From positions 606,297 through 670,296 of the forward strand of contig NMRA01000013.1 of the NCBI GenBank assembly GCA_002633005.1: a DNA stretch of 64,000 bases, in the 5' to 3' direction. The notes under the pieces were generated by a model. It did not search any database. It worked only from the letters and a program-made list of their open reading frames with translations, and had not been told where the DNA came from. This stretch comes from Phoronis australis (taxonomy: Eukaryota > Animalia > Phoronida). Both the position numbers and the translations under genes were made by a program. Each line of letters begins with the position of its first letter. Positions within the stretch are counted from its first letter, which is position 1. Below, piece after piece: positions 1 to 12,900 of the stretch.

Positions 1-2105
1 ACCAGCGGAGAAGACGTCACTGAGTGACATGTTATGACTCCCAGTAGTGGGATCACACTTGGCTGGCTTGAAGAAAAACAGTTGGTGCTTGCAGAGAAAA
101 ACTCTGCCAGCACATTCTCAGCTCAGACCAGATTCCATCACTGGATGAGAGACTTGGTTTGCACTTAAAAGCAAAGTGTTCTGATAGTACTTCTCAAGCA
201 AATGATAAAAATTACGAGTGGCAGAAAAGGAAAGGTATGTGACTGAATCTAACTTGTTTTCTTGGCACTTGGGTGTTTTTTGTACATCCTGAGTTCACTA
301 TTGCGTGATATCCTTTAATAATGTTTCATGCTGAGCAATGTACTGCATGTAAACTCATTGTTATTGTTTGTAGATTGGTGGTATTTTCAGTGGCCTGTGC
401 CATTTGCTGATGTTTGAAAATGTGCATTAGCGAAGGCAGTTAAGTGGCAGAAAAGTGAAGCTTTAACGTTCCTACATTATATACCGGTAGTTTTCTTTAC
501 AGGATCTTTCATGCCAATGTCGATCCGTTAATATTTTGGGGGGAGGTTAACTTCTTGGGTCAAACTTATGATGGCAAGCTACTTCACAGTAAATAGTTGT
601 GTCGACTCTTTGATGCAGTGCTATTGGTCTTTAGGAAGGGTCATTGTCAATAATGACACAGCGCGTTGTGGTATAGTTGATTTTTTTCCAAATATTCACT
701 ATTCTGACACTGTAAGTACTTGTAAGTACTTAAGTTCATTTATCATCAGACCACATATATTTACAGTAGGCTTACTTCAAATTTTAGCGCCATTGCAATA
801 ATTTTGACTCTGCAATATCAAAGTGCGATAACTTCACAAGTCACAACTGTGCAGTTTACATAGATAAGCACCCCTCTTGTACCACAGACATTTATCCATC
901 AACCCTGCTCTCTGTCATTGCTAACTTGCGCAACCAATAGTTATCAATGGGAGCTGACAATAACTTTTGACTGAAAATTCATAATACTGAAACCCCTCCC
1001 CCCCAAGGCCCAACAGGGATTACCAATATCTAACTTTATACTTGTGGGATGTTCTTTGATCTTTTCCTCATGAAATTAAGTTAAATTCAACTCTATTATC
1101 ATGAGCCTGATCTTGAAAGTCAGCTGCTGACAGCCATGTTTTCATACAGCGAAAGTCACCACCTTTTTGGACAGACGACTTACGATTTCCATATTCTGGA
1201 CAAAAAATGATGGAGAGGTACTTGCAGTTTTGGAAGGGTATTAATATCCAATCTATTATTCACAGTAACCATTTCCAAGCTAATGCTTAGTGTACTTTTA
1301 CTATCACTTAAAACATAATTGGGTTGAGCTGTTCCATTACAAGGTCACTGCCTGTAGGTCTACAGCTGTACAGTATACAGGCGATGAAGTGTCCAGTGTC
1401 ACAGTTTAGTTGAAATCAAAGGGCCTTTAAATGTAAGCCTAAATTAAATTGGCGTAGGGCAACAGTCTGATATAACTGTCTGTATTTTGAGAATCAGTTT
1501 GATGCCTATTATTCAGTGGATAAAACTGGTTCTCAAAATTTGGGCACGTTATATCAGACCAGTACTGTACATACACAGACTTCCATTAGCCAATACTCAG
1601 TGAACAGAGCTGAATGTCCACCGGAGGGCTTTTTACCACTTTTTGAAATGGATATAAACCAAAAAAACAAATGGAAAATTTGTGTTCAGTGTTAGTACGA
1701 AGACTTACCCCAGAACACGTTACTAATTGAATGAGTTACAGCAACTTGCTTTGGAGAAGATTCAATAGCCCACGCCCCTCCCCCCACCCCNTATTTGATC
1801 AATTATTTGCACTTTGCCTTGAGGATTTAAAGACCTGGGATGCATTCACTAGCCATTTTGTGATATAGTGTGACAAGCTGAAATGTAATGCAACCCTAGA
1901 TGGCAATAGAGCAGTTCATATGCAAGGGTGCAACACCACCTACAATTTACAAGCAACAAGGACAGGGGTATTAGAGCAGTGGAATTTTAGTGTTTGTAAA
2001 GTCTTAGCTATAACCTTCACAGCTCTCATTCACCTGTGGGTTAAGTGGCTGTGTCTTCTGAGAGGGGAATTTTTGGGGTGTAGGGAAAATTTTACCACCC
2101 CTCAG

Positions 2106-2607
2106 CAGGCCTTCATCCAGGATTTCGAAAGTAGGGTGTCCAAAATGAGGTTCCCAAGATTCCAGGGCGTCCATAATTCCGACGCGTAACCCCCCATCCC
2201 CAGCAAGCCCCCCAAACACACAGATTTTTTTTACAAAAAATGCATAGACCAAGGTTTTTACATCTAAGTTTACAAAACAGCCTTCTGTAGTGAGAATTTT
2301 TAATAAAAAAACTGGTGTAGACCAAGACTTTTACAATGCTATCAACCAAGTGTGAGCATACCAACATTATATATTTCTTCCTGCTTTGAAAAAAAGAGCC
2401 CCCACTGAGCCTTCAGAGGCTTCCTAGTAATTATTACAATGTGTGTCCAAACTTGAAAGGTTCCTATTGACAGTGGGCGTCCAAATGATACATTGGGCGT
2501 CCTTGCCAGAGCATCCATATTAGTGCTAGGGCCATATTAGTGCTAGGGCCATATTAGTGCTAGGGCGTCCATTTGGACGCCCAGGAAGTACACTGCATAA
2601 AGACCTG
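2106..2607. mobile_element. possible nested hAT-like non-autonomous element
   Basis: Begins caggccttcatcc and ends gcataaagacctg (imperfect inverted pair), with repeated gggcgtcc/gggtgtcc subterminal motifs. No TSD is recognisable. Confidence 0.35.
2515..2565. repeat. 17-bp tandem repeat x3
   Basis: Three perfect copies of ccatattagtgctaggg. Confidence 0.95.
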
Positions 2608-3580
2608 GTCTGATATAAAGTGCCCGAATTTTGAGAACCAGTTTTCTCCACTGAGTAACGGGCATCAAACTGGTTTATAAAATATGGGCATGTTATATCA
2701 GACTATTGCCTAGTTGCAAGGTATAAAGTTAATAACATCTTGTGTTTTAATGGCAATGTCAGCATGCTATCTACATGATGTTTCTGCAAAGTGATAATTG
2801 TACTGCAAAGTTAAGCAAGTATGCTTATAGAACATTACCACCGCAGGTATTGCCAGAGTGCCCTTTTGTTAATGCATGTATGAATGACGCATGACCATGT
2901 CATTACCAAGGACCTCATCACGCAGTCATATTAGACAGCACTTCAGGTAATAGCTCTGGGGAAAATACTTAATGTGGTACTTGGAAATTGTACGATTCTC
3001 ATGATATTAATCCTAGTGAATCTGTAGCAATACTCTTTCCAATACGGACAACAAATACAAGACCATTGCAAAAGGTTCTACTGTACCCACAACTGCACCA
3101 CCAATGGTAGGCTAAGGTGTTAATCACTGTCATAACCTATGGTAACTGTTCTATAATTTTGCACATACTAATTTTTAGAACACCTTAAATTAATTAACAA
3201 AAACAACATTTCACCTTTCTATACATTCAAACGTGGTTGCAATGACCGTCTTTTTTGATATCTATACATTAGTACTTTGTGCAGCACTCTTGTGTCTTTA
3301 TTATCCACCTGGCTTCGTAGCAAGACCTCCAGAATTTTTGTATTTCTCAGTTCAAAAGCCCAGAGCATTAACTTGGACAAATATTTCTGATATCAGGGTT
3401 ATCTTATTTAGTGGCCTGCATTCTAACTCGTATATCAAAAAACTAAGCTTTGTCAACTAGTAAAAGTATATATTATTGTCTGCAAGAAAAGAGATCAAGG
3501 AATATAAAAATGTTTTGTATCTATGTACCATTATTATTATTACGTCAACACCTTTTTTAAATCAAAATTTCATTTTTAAG

Positions 3581-3700
3581 TAAGGTACATTCCTTTGCAA
3601 AATAATCCTCGGTCGATTTCAATAAAACCTTTTTTAAATGAAAACATGAAAACTTCACCAGTTATCTTAAAAACGCTGTTAGGAATTTTCGATTAGCCCT
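3581..3700 (+). repeat. old DNA-transposon-like end (Kolobok-like?), second copy at ~25222-25320
   Basis: aaggtacatt...aaaataatcctc...aaaaccttttttaaatgaaaac...aaaaacgctgttagga aligns by eye with 25222-25320. The superfamily is a guess. Confidence 0.4.
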
Positions 3701-6700
3701 TTTGTTTGGTTAATTATTTAGTGAAAACTTGTTTTCAGTAAATATAACCTACGCATGCTAGCTATTTCAACATTCACTCACAATGTCAACTGAATTTGCA
3801 GTGTGTAATTAACTTAATTATCATTAAAACGTACTGTCCCCAGCCATGAGGTGGGATCAACTGTTACTGTTGTTTGACTTACTTAAAAATAGGTCACAGC
3901 TCATTGTAATACACAGTCTGTACATGTCACATGCCAGCAGACTCAGATACGAAAGCGAGTAAGAAATGGATAACAAAAGAAACGTCGGTGCTTAAAGCAT
4001 GTCATTAGCATGAGATCGAAACAGTGAAATGTCAATTTACTTATTGAATTGAGGAATTTGGGTGAGGATTCATCTCCTTTCACAACTTGCTGTGTTCATG
4101 ACCACAAAGGCGTGAGGCGACTCGTAGCATTCGTTCTCAACAGTCAAATGCATGTAGATGCACAACTCCCTCAGGATTGAAACTACGTTTTGTCTTTGTT
4201 TTCCCCGGCACCGATCAGGTAAGTACACCTCGATGACTCTATTATAGCAACTCGGTGAATGAAAGGACGTTGGGTACATATGAAGCTGCTCTGTACCTGG
4301 CAGGAGATTCCATTTGAGTGACCGCCCTATAACCTTTGACCTCGGATAAGTAGTAAACAAATAACCACGCGGTTGTGCGGTTCCAAGATGATTCTGCTAA
4401 ATCTTGTTTTCTCGCAAAACAGTATATATTTTGTATTTGAAATTCCTCGAGAATGAAGATAAGGTATTTTGCTAGACAATGTGAAATGTTGTAAAAATAG
4501 CCAATTTTGTGTATAAGGTTTGAGATATCCTTAAGTGTGTTAAATTCTACAAAGAAAATCCATACTAAAAGAGGTTTTCAAACTCAAGACTTGAAATTTG
4601 AATATTTCCCAACTAACTGATCAACCACAGTTCTCATTATTAAACGTCTGATTTTACTTGTGATTAGCAGTCCAAAAAAAAGTTAATCAAAACTAGCCCA
4701 GTTAACCTAACCGAATGGTTACTGAAATTGCGTGCAGGTTATTTCTGTAGTTCAGCAGAACACCCAGGGGCATTTCAAGTAAAACAAGAACAGTTAAGGA
4801 TATCATACAGCTGACCTGAGCCTCAGCCCTTCCGCCATAAAGTCTGACAGGTTCAATTCAGTATCGGTTATCCCTCAACTGCAAGGGAAGACTGGATCCA
4901 GTTAGACATGTTCCGAAGCTCTACCAAGGGAAAATGCATAGTATCAAGTGTTGCTCTAGAACTCGGCTTGCTTACTGGTTGAGAATTTTACGTGTATTAC
5001 AACAGGTCAGAGTATGTAAAACACGGCAAAAATATATAGTCCATGAAAACATCGTTACTTAGTTTTCCAGTATTAATTTCACATAATTTTCTTAAAGTCA
5101 TACTTCGTTCTTCGCATACTTTAATGAGTCATCAAACATTTGATAAAATTTTCAACACTTGCAACAAGATGGTAATTTGAAATCATGAAGCAAAAATGTC
5201 AATTTTTCACCAGCATTTTGTCCAAAATTGACATATCTTCACCTCAAGGAGGTTTTTGAAATGAATGTTACATATTGTTTTTATGATTAACTTTTTCAAA
5301 TCCTAAACACTACCGTAGAAACTATTTTTAAAATTATCAGGGACATTAGTAAATACATTTCTCAAAAGACGGTGCTCATTTTATTAAAACAGCAAAGTAG
5401 AAGCAAGCCATGACTCGGGAAGAAACAACGGGACTTCAGGCTTACACAATCCTTGAATCATGCTGCAAAACATTCAAACTAGTTCTTCAATCATCAAATC
5501 ACTCAATGAAACTGGAAGAAATAACTTACAGCCACTGGCAGAAGAAGTTCTACTAATGAACTTTGAACACCAGTGCCAATGGCACATGGGCTAACAGTGA
5601 TAATTGGCATGTGACATCATCAACTGCCATCACCTATGAATAGCAATGATGGTATGGGAAGGATTTTTACCTCTCAATGGGTTTTAGGTGCTCTACAGTG
5701 AGAAACGACAAAATTGAAAAGTACTAGCACAAACCCTAACACGCAAGTAGATCACTATGATGTTGTAAACAGTAAACAGCTAACGAAAACTGAGCTGCCA
5801 TCCTAAGGCTAAGTTACAAATGATCTATTGGGGAACCACCCAACCTTGGGGAACTCGCCAGGCAAACACAGAGCTTTCAGTCTATCAAATTAGGCTGTAA
5901 ATTAGCTGTAAATTACTACTGCAAAGAGGCATGTTAAAGTATTGGGACCGACAAGTGTTAAGGGAAACAGAAACAGAAGTTCTGTTCTTAGATGAAAAGT
6001 ATGGTAATTTTTCACTTTAGCACATAATATGACCTACAAGAAATTCTACCATGGTTTGTACTGTGTAGGTGTCAAAAAAGAACTTCAGGTAAATTTTCCA
6101 TTATTTGTAGAAAAGTTACGAACCTGTCATAAATGACAGTTTGGGCAATTATTTTTGTGCGGAATGAGTGAAGAATTATTGTACCCCATGACAGATAAAG
6201 GTATCTACATATCTGCAGTTGGGCAATATTCATGCATTGTAGTGCTGGAATAGAATTCTGTTTTCTTTCATTTCCTTATCTCTCTTTGTACAAATAAACA
6301 AGTGGAGCATGAGAGGCCTGCTCTTAAGGACTGTGGTAAACTGTTTTGAAATAAAAACCAAATGCCACTTTTCAATGAAATGTATTGAAACCTGAGGTTC
6401 AATGGAACACTTCTCACTTTTAAATGTGTGCGGGCGACCCATATACCCATGTGACATGTGGTGTCACCACCAACGAAACATTCCTTAAGTACATTTCCTT
6501 AGTATTCAAACTTGACCCTGCATCTATGAGGAGGCTCAATTCACAGTGTGAGGTATTGACTTCATTCTTCTAAATCTTTTTCATAATAATGCCACTTGTT
6601 TATGTACACTTTCACCAGGTATGTTTTTGACAGGCTTCAGCCATGCACCCGATAAAGAAAACTTGTGACTGCAGAAATTACCGATTTTTAATCAGCGTTT

Positions 6701-7129
6701 CAAGTTGTTTACTTGTTTCACTGGTTGATGAATCTTAAAGGAGATAAGAAATAAATGTTATTCCAAACCTGTATCCACTTGCCGTGCTGATTTCTTCTCA
6801 CAAATGAAACTCTTCGAGTCATCAATAGATTTTCTCATAGATTTTCTCGGTAATGTCTCCACTCTTGGCTAATGTTGTTTTCACCTCAGAAATCCTCAAC
6901 CACTGGTGGAGAATTTTTCTTAAAAACTGTTATGAGACTATTTGGAACATGGTATCCAAGTGATGAGGCGTGGGCAAAGAAAGACAGGCACTTGTAAAAC
7001 AAAACTCAGTGAGGAGGAACCAGCTTTCAAGTGATTATTGTGCATGCCTATTTGCTGCTTGTTTGATGTAGATGTTTTGGTAGCCTAAGGGACACATGCT
7101 CAACTGTAACTGGGGGCATGTCTGTCCTT

Positions 7130-7290
7130 AAAATACTGTAATTCTTCACTTATTTAGCACACATTATGGCCGACAAGAGAAATTCAATTCAGTTAAACAT
7201 TTCTATTGAAGTAAATAATGAGATTTTAGTCTATTAAAACCATGGTTTGGACTCATGTAGATGTCCTAAAACATTAATTTTTGCTCAAGT
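7130..7290 (+). repeat. dispersed degenerate MITE-like repeat, copies at ~6000-6184 and ~44272-44420
   Basis: Shared blocks taattcttcact(t/c)atttagcacaca and catggtttg(g/t)act. 6163-6184 is the reverse complement of the start motif. Confidence 0.6.
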
Positions 7291-8099
7291 TTCCTTTTAG
7301 ACCTGCAAAAAGGCGATCAGCCATTGAAAAATGTAAAAACGACCATTTTGGCAATTACTTATTGTACGAAATAAGTCGACAATTACCGTACTATTGAACT
7401 CAAAACATTATTGTCTCTGATTTGAATTAACTGGTCTATCAGAACAGATTTGTTAGGCAACTCTTGTTTTAATGCCATCTGAGCTGCATGTGTTTGAAAG
7501 ATTGAACTTAAAATCTAATCACCCATCGAACAAGACTTGCAGTTTGCTCAAGAATTTCATCCGTTCCTAGTAAGGTGAGCTAGTTACACAAGATTTACTA
7601 TCACAAAGAATTATGTTATCGCACTTAAAGCTGCATTTTGCACTATTTATCTTATTGTAAAACATTTCAGACTTTATTGGAGTTGGTTTGGGCTAGCGCC
7701 CACCTGTAATTAGCTTACCGGAATTGATTTTCAAGGAGACCTGTCAAATGTGGAAACTGAATCAGATTGGAGTCGTACCATAGTTACGGCCATAAGTTAT
7801 AGTTGTTACCAGGGGCGTCGTCTTCTGTTAGCATCTTTATTCAGTGCATTAAAAACAGCCGAGTTCTTGAAATTGACACTTACCAAGACTATAGTCATCT
7901 TCAATAGACCATTCTACACTACAACAAACTTATTTTTTCAAAAGAGCCACTTTCTTTCGTCTCGGGTTTACGAGCCAAATCCTGGTGTTCTTTACCTCTA
8001 AAGGACATCGGGTCACGTGACAGTTTGTAGCTGACCATTCCTTTCATAACTGAGACGTATTCGGTGCCAGGGGAGCAAACTCAAATCACATAATAATGA

Positions 8100-8400
8100 A
8101 AATTTTTACTGCATCATTCCCGCGTATCAATACCTCATTCAGCTATGGCATACAACATCCCGTGGAAGTATTTTTACAGAAAGTTTTCCAATCTTTTGTT
8201 TAGTTGCAAAATTTGAACTGCAAACATCATGATGGAATTAGTGCTTAGACTCACCCAACTTTGCAATTTCAATGACTTAATTTGGTGATATTTGTAGGAC
8301 AGTTCAGTCCTAGGATTTTGACAGGTATTCATTAAACTCGCATTGTCTCCTTCTTCAATTTGCATACTTAGCTACTCGAATGCACTTGTCATTTAGAGAG
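8100..8400. repeat. dispersed repeat, inverted partial copies at ~53030-53210 and ~59470-59560
   Basis: The reverse complement shares tgtttgcagttcaaat(t/c)ttgc with 53040 and gtgcattcgagtagctaa with 59480. Confidence 0.6.
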
Positions 8401-8623
8401 CGCAGATTTAACTTTTGTGTCGAAATGAAGCCACGCAGCTAATTTTTTAACTTGATATATCTGTGGACTTCAAATTTGAAGGTCATAGGAGGCCAGGAAC
8501 ATTGTCTGGTTCAGGTTAAGCGCCAGCTCCGCCCCCGCCCCCCCACCTCCACCATTTTGGGCTTGATGGAGGTAACCAATCCAGTGTATTGGCTTAGAAT
8601 TTTGCAGACTGCTGTAAATTATG

Positions 8624-8820
8624 GGTATACAGGCCTTTTGAAATTGACATGCGACGTCAGTGAAAGCAGTTCTAATTAGAATCTTGCTCTAAGTAATGCA
8701 ACTGACCCAATAAGCCTGTGTAACTTATAAACAGCTTAATAAAGGGTTTATGGTCTTGGCTCAGATGATAATTGTTTGATTACCCCTATGGATAGCTGAA
8801 CAGCTGAGCCCCGAATGCCA
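8624..8820 (+). repeat. dispersed ~190-bp repeat family A, copy 1
   Basis: aggccttttgaaattgacatgc...gcaactgaccc...ggtcttggctcag; homologous to 28580-28765, 31301-31455 and (inverted) 42545-42726. Confidence 0.8.
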
Positions 8821-8923
8821 CCCTCAACTTCTAAACTTCCCAATTTTCAGGTTCCCCAATTTCTAGGCTCGCCAATTTTAGCACCCACCCAGGGCGTTAA
8901 CCTAAATGTTTATACTAACACAA

Positions 8924-9012
8924 TTGTTAATAGTACTTATGACAACTGAGAAACTATGATATTAGATGATTGTTAATAGTACTGATGACAACTGAAAAAC
9001 TATGCTTTTAGA
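8924..9012. repeat. 46-bp tandem duplication
   Basis: ttgttaatagtact(t/g)atgacaactga(g/a)aaactatg occurs twice, in tandem. Confidence 0.9.
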
Positions 9013-9498
9013 ACTCATGCAACTGGAATGTTGCAATATCTAAACAAAATAAACATGGTCCACTAAGTAAGCTGGGTACTCTCATGTACATCACTTACAA
9101 TATGTGCCAATTCCATGGGGTATTTGAACTTGCCTAACGCCTAGAAGGCAAAATCAACAAATTTTATACAAGTTAGCAGTGACACATTGAAGAACAGAAA
9201 ACGTTGAAACACAATCACATGATGTAAAGGCAACTGAAATCTCGCAACATCAAAATAAATACCGCACAATTTAGGTTAGGAAGCTTTCAGTCCCCCTAAA
9301 CAAAAGACACACAAAAAGTGTGCATCTAAGGTTGAAAGTGCAAACTGCAAAGAAAACAAGTTAGCAATAGTGAATCTTTCTGTTGAAGCCGTCAATGAAC
9401 TCCATTCGGTAAATATTTTCCAGTTCAGGGGTTTCTAAGTTTTGGGACACTGAAATTCAAGCCATAAGTTGAATTTCCATCAGATCCTGAAGATTGGG

Positions 9499-9999
9499 CA
9501 GTGGTCGATTTGGCGACCTGCAGGCCGCCAAAGCGATTTCAGATTGTGTTTGGCGACCTGGGAAAATCTTAAGTCGCCACGAAGTCGTCATAGTGAGTAT
9601 CAAAGTCCGACAATAACTCCCTGAAAATTGTTTTAAAGTTTGCGTTGACTTTCAAACTTTTAAATACAGTTTTCCTAGATTTATTCCTTTGGTTCGCAAT
9701 TGTTCCGTTCATTTCAAGAAATCAATGCCGTTCCCACTAGTCAGCACACTCTAAACGCGCGTTTAGATTACAACAGGAAGTAAATAGATGGAAGTCGGAA
9801 TTGTTCAGCAAAAATCGGGCAAGGTCAGACCATGAAATATACGCCTCCAGGGGGTGTATCTGATCGACTGCCTTCTTCGTTGGCAGGAGAAATATAAGAG
9901 GTATGCAGAGTATGTATGGCAATTTGACGCCAGTTTTGGCAACCTGGGATTTTCGAGAAGTATTCAGCGGCTTGGCGTCAACCTAAGTGTCGAGCACTG
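9499..9999. mobile_element. degenerate ~500-bp hAT-like MITE
   Basis: Ends cagtggtcga ... tcgagcactg (9/10 inverted match), with repeated ttggcgacc subterminal motifs. TSD is not preserved. Termini resemble the 59145-61297 element. Confidence 0.55.
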
Positions 10000-12900
10000 G
10001 TGGAACATGAGCAGTTTTGGAACTCACCATATTTCTCAAAAATTTTTAAATGGGTTTGTATCAACAATCTGATAACAGATTTATCAGTTCTTAAAATCAT
10101 TCAAAATAACCACTGATACAACACTTTCCTGCGTCCCCATCATTTGTCATTGATTTTAATTCTTGAATTTGGGTCGACCAATATTTACAACTTCTAAGAA
10201 GTGGTACAAGCTCCGAACATGGGTAAAATAATTAATTTTTCACTGTCCAAAACCGGGGATTTTTTTACGTAGTCATACTACAAAGAGTTACACTTAAAAC
10301 AAGAATCAAAACAATAATTTTAATTAAGGTAGAAGCACACAGCTTTAAACATAAGTGCTACGTAAAAACGCTATCATGACGGTAACTGTCTTCATAACGG
10401 TAACTGTTATAGTAACGGTCACCACCATCATGCATAATTACCGCATGTTAATGGGGAAACAACATGAAACAACAGTTTAACCAACATTTTATTAACAGCT
10501 TGGCAAAACAACTGCTTCATAAGATTATTCAGCCACAGCACCTTGAACATTATCATGATGTCATATGCTTTGTTGTTATTTAAGACTTTTGAAAATTTCT
10601 GGCTAACTTGGGAATGTTGTGTCTCAGACTTGGATGATTGGAAGGTCAATGATTTTCAGATTACTATGCAATTTATGTGTTTTTAATTTATCTCCAACAT
10701 TTATTTCAAATGGAATTTGTTCATTTCATTGAAGCCAAATGTTTTGCATACCTTTATTTTTTACTAATTAGACTAAAAACACCGTCACGTGACTCAATCA
10801 ACGGCAGATCGGTATAAAGACAAAAATATATTCTACGGGCTTTCTACTTCCAGAAAATCTAATTAAGAATGGCTTGGCCACCTTGCTAACTTTCCTGTTG
10901 ATTCCCCTTCAACATCAGGGGAGACTACTCTAACGGTCATCAGAGGAGACTACTATAATGTTAATTCAGTTTGCGTTCCTTTTGGCTAGAACTATACCAT
11001 CACAGACAATATTTTGAAAACAGTGGCCATTTTAAATGATGTTTGGTGACATTAGGTCAATTTTTGCTAATTGTTTTTGTCGGAAATTGATGATATTTAC
11101 CCCACTGCATCAATGAGAATAAGTTACTACTTTGTACCCACACTGTTATAATTGTAGTGTTACGCTAGCTGATAATGCTTCAGGTGCAAAATCAAAATGT
11201 TTGAGATACAATGAATACGTAATTTGAATTTCATTGTGAACAATATTGTCGCTTCTTGTACAGATGTTACAGCTAAAAACTGACACTGTGTAATGCTACC
11301 AAAAATATGATCACAAATACGGCAAAAGTCCTTAGTTTGGGGCACGATGGCTGGCAAGTGAAACTTCATTACACCAAACTTCTCAACATCAACAGGAAGG
11401 TGATGAATCTTATTTTGAACATATTTAGATAAACATATACAAGCAAACTTTTTGTTTGTATATATTTATGTTCATGTTTATTAAAGTGTTCATCATTACC
11501 CTCCCTATTAACCATTTGGCCTAAAACGTAGCCAAGTTCCTGAAGTACATGCAGAGAAATGGAGATGTACTGAATTAGACAGGGAGGCTACGTTGTCATT
11601 AGTACAGAGTAAGTCCAGAAATTGTAACGCATTTTGAGACTTCGTCTTGCACATTTATATCATTATGAAATTTGATAAATGTTATTGATACCTTTGTTTT
11701 GCAATCAATGAATTTCTCCTTTGTACAAAAGTTTATAAAAAGGGACCCAATTAATGGCAGGGTGGCAAAAAATAAAAAGTAAAAACGAATTCCATAGTCT
11801 TTTCAATTTGAAAATATGAACTTTTGAATAGGTTAAATTTATAATTCTGTAGAAATTTGGCCTAATACACACTAAGTTCTTGATAACCTCAGCCATATCC
11901 ATAGAGGCTGACAGCTATATCTGGTTAGACAGAGCCTTTTTCTTTCTTAACACAATTAGTCACTGTCAGTGAAAACTTGTACAGCACTACCACCAATCCA
12001 AATACAGCTGTCAAGTTTTGCTTACTAATAATAATCCTAGTTGGTTTTATCACTCTTCTAGTTGTTTACATTGACCAATAAAATCATTAGCCCTTGACTG
12101 CTCCCCTGACATTGACTTCACCCTGTGACACCAATAGCAGTGATATGTGTAACACTATATCTACATAATGCAACAACTGGCAGAATTCAGTTGTGCCAAT
12201 GACACTTGTTTCGACAGTATTTGCGTACCAGCATGAATATCACTTGGAATACATCAACATGTTACACACAGACTTCATCTGGAATGGTTTCATTATTGGA
12301 TGAGATTGCAATCAACAGGTTCTTGGTATTCAAGGTAAGAGTATCAACATGAGGCACTACCTCACAACTATGACAACTACAAATGCTTCAAGCAGAGATT
12401 GGTGTCTTTAGGCCCTTTCATAATCACTTAATTCCTGTATGAGTGCAGTGTCGACGTGAACTACTAAGTTAAACCATTCACACCAACTTCGGTCGTCAAC
12501 GGCATCGAAGTACATGGTAGGTGACACTGTCATCATCAAAGTGATCGCAAGGTAGCGCTGATGCATCCCGTGCAGGTGAAGATGTATTTCACTGTGACAA
12601 TTTGAAAACATTTATGTGTGCTTATCGACACAAAACTTATTTCTAGTTCGATTGGTGATTATTCAAGCAAAACATAAGCAAGATTAGTGAGGATACTGTC
12701 CTTTAATTGTTGATGATAACATTGGCCCCTGGTGATAATTTTGATTAGACCATAGTTGACTGTTCATACCGCAATATAGCGTAGAGGCTACAGTGTTAAA
12801 TCCACCTATTTACTGTGCAGTTAATTGGCACTGTTATCTTCAATCCAGGACCGAAGTCAACCGTTCATACTGACTACACCTCCCCAAAACATTGATGTTA

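Larger units (their letters stand above)
1457..2710. mobile_element. MITE/foldback-like element with ~105-bp terminal inverted repeats
   Basis: 1457-1562 (gggcaacagtctgatataac...gttatatcagaccag) is the approximate reverse complement of 2605-2710 (ctggtctgatataaag...gttatatcagactattgcc). TA flanks both ends. No coding capacity. Confidence 0.75.

Noticed and set aside
1-40. Possible 3' end of a coding exon at the window start
   Set aside because: All three + frames stop within 40 nt and the peptides are too short to identify.
1791-1791. Single n (another at 22948)
   Set aside because: Ambiguous base calls, not biological features.
4140-4225. THAP-like first exon ending in cag|gtaagt inside an old repeat
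   Set aside because: Only a vague C...FP pattern, with an in-frame stop; insufficient.
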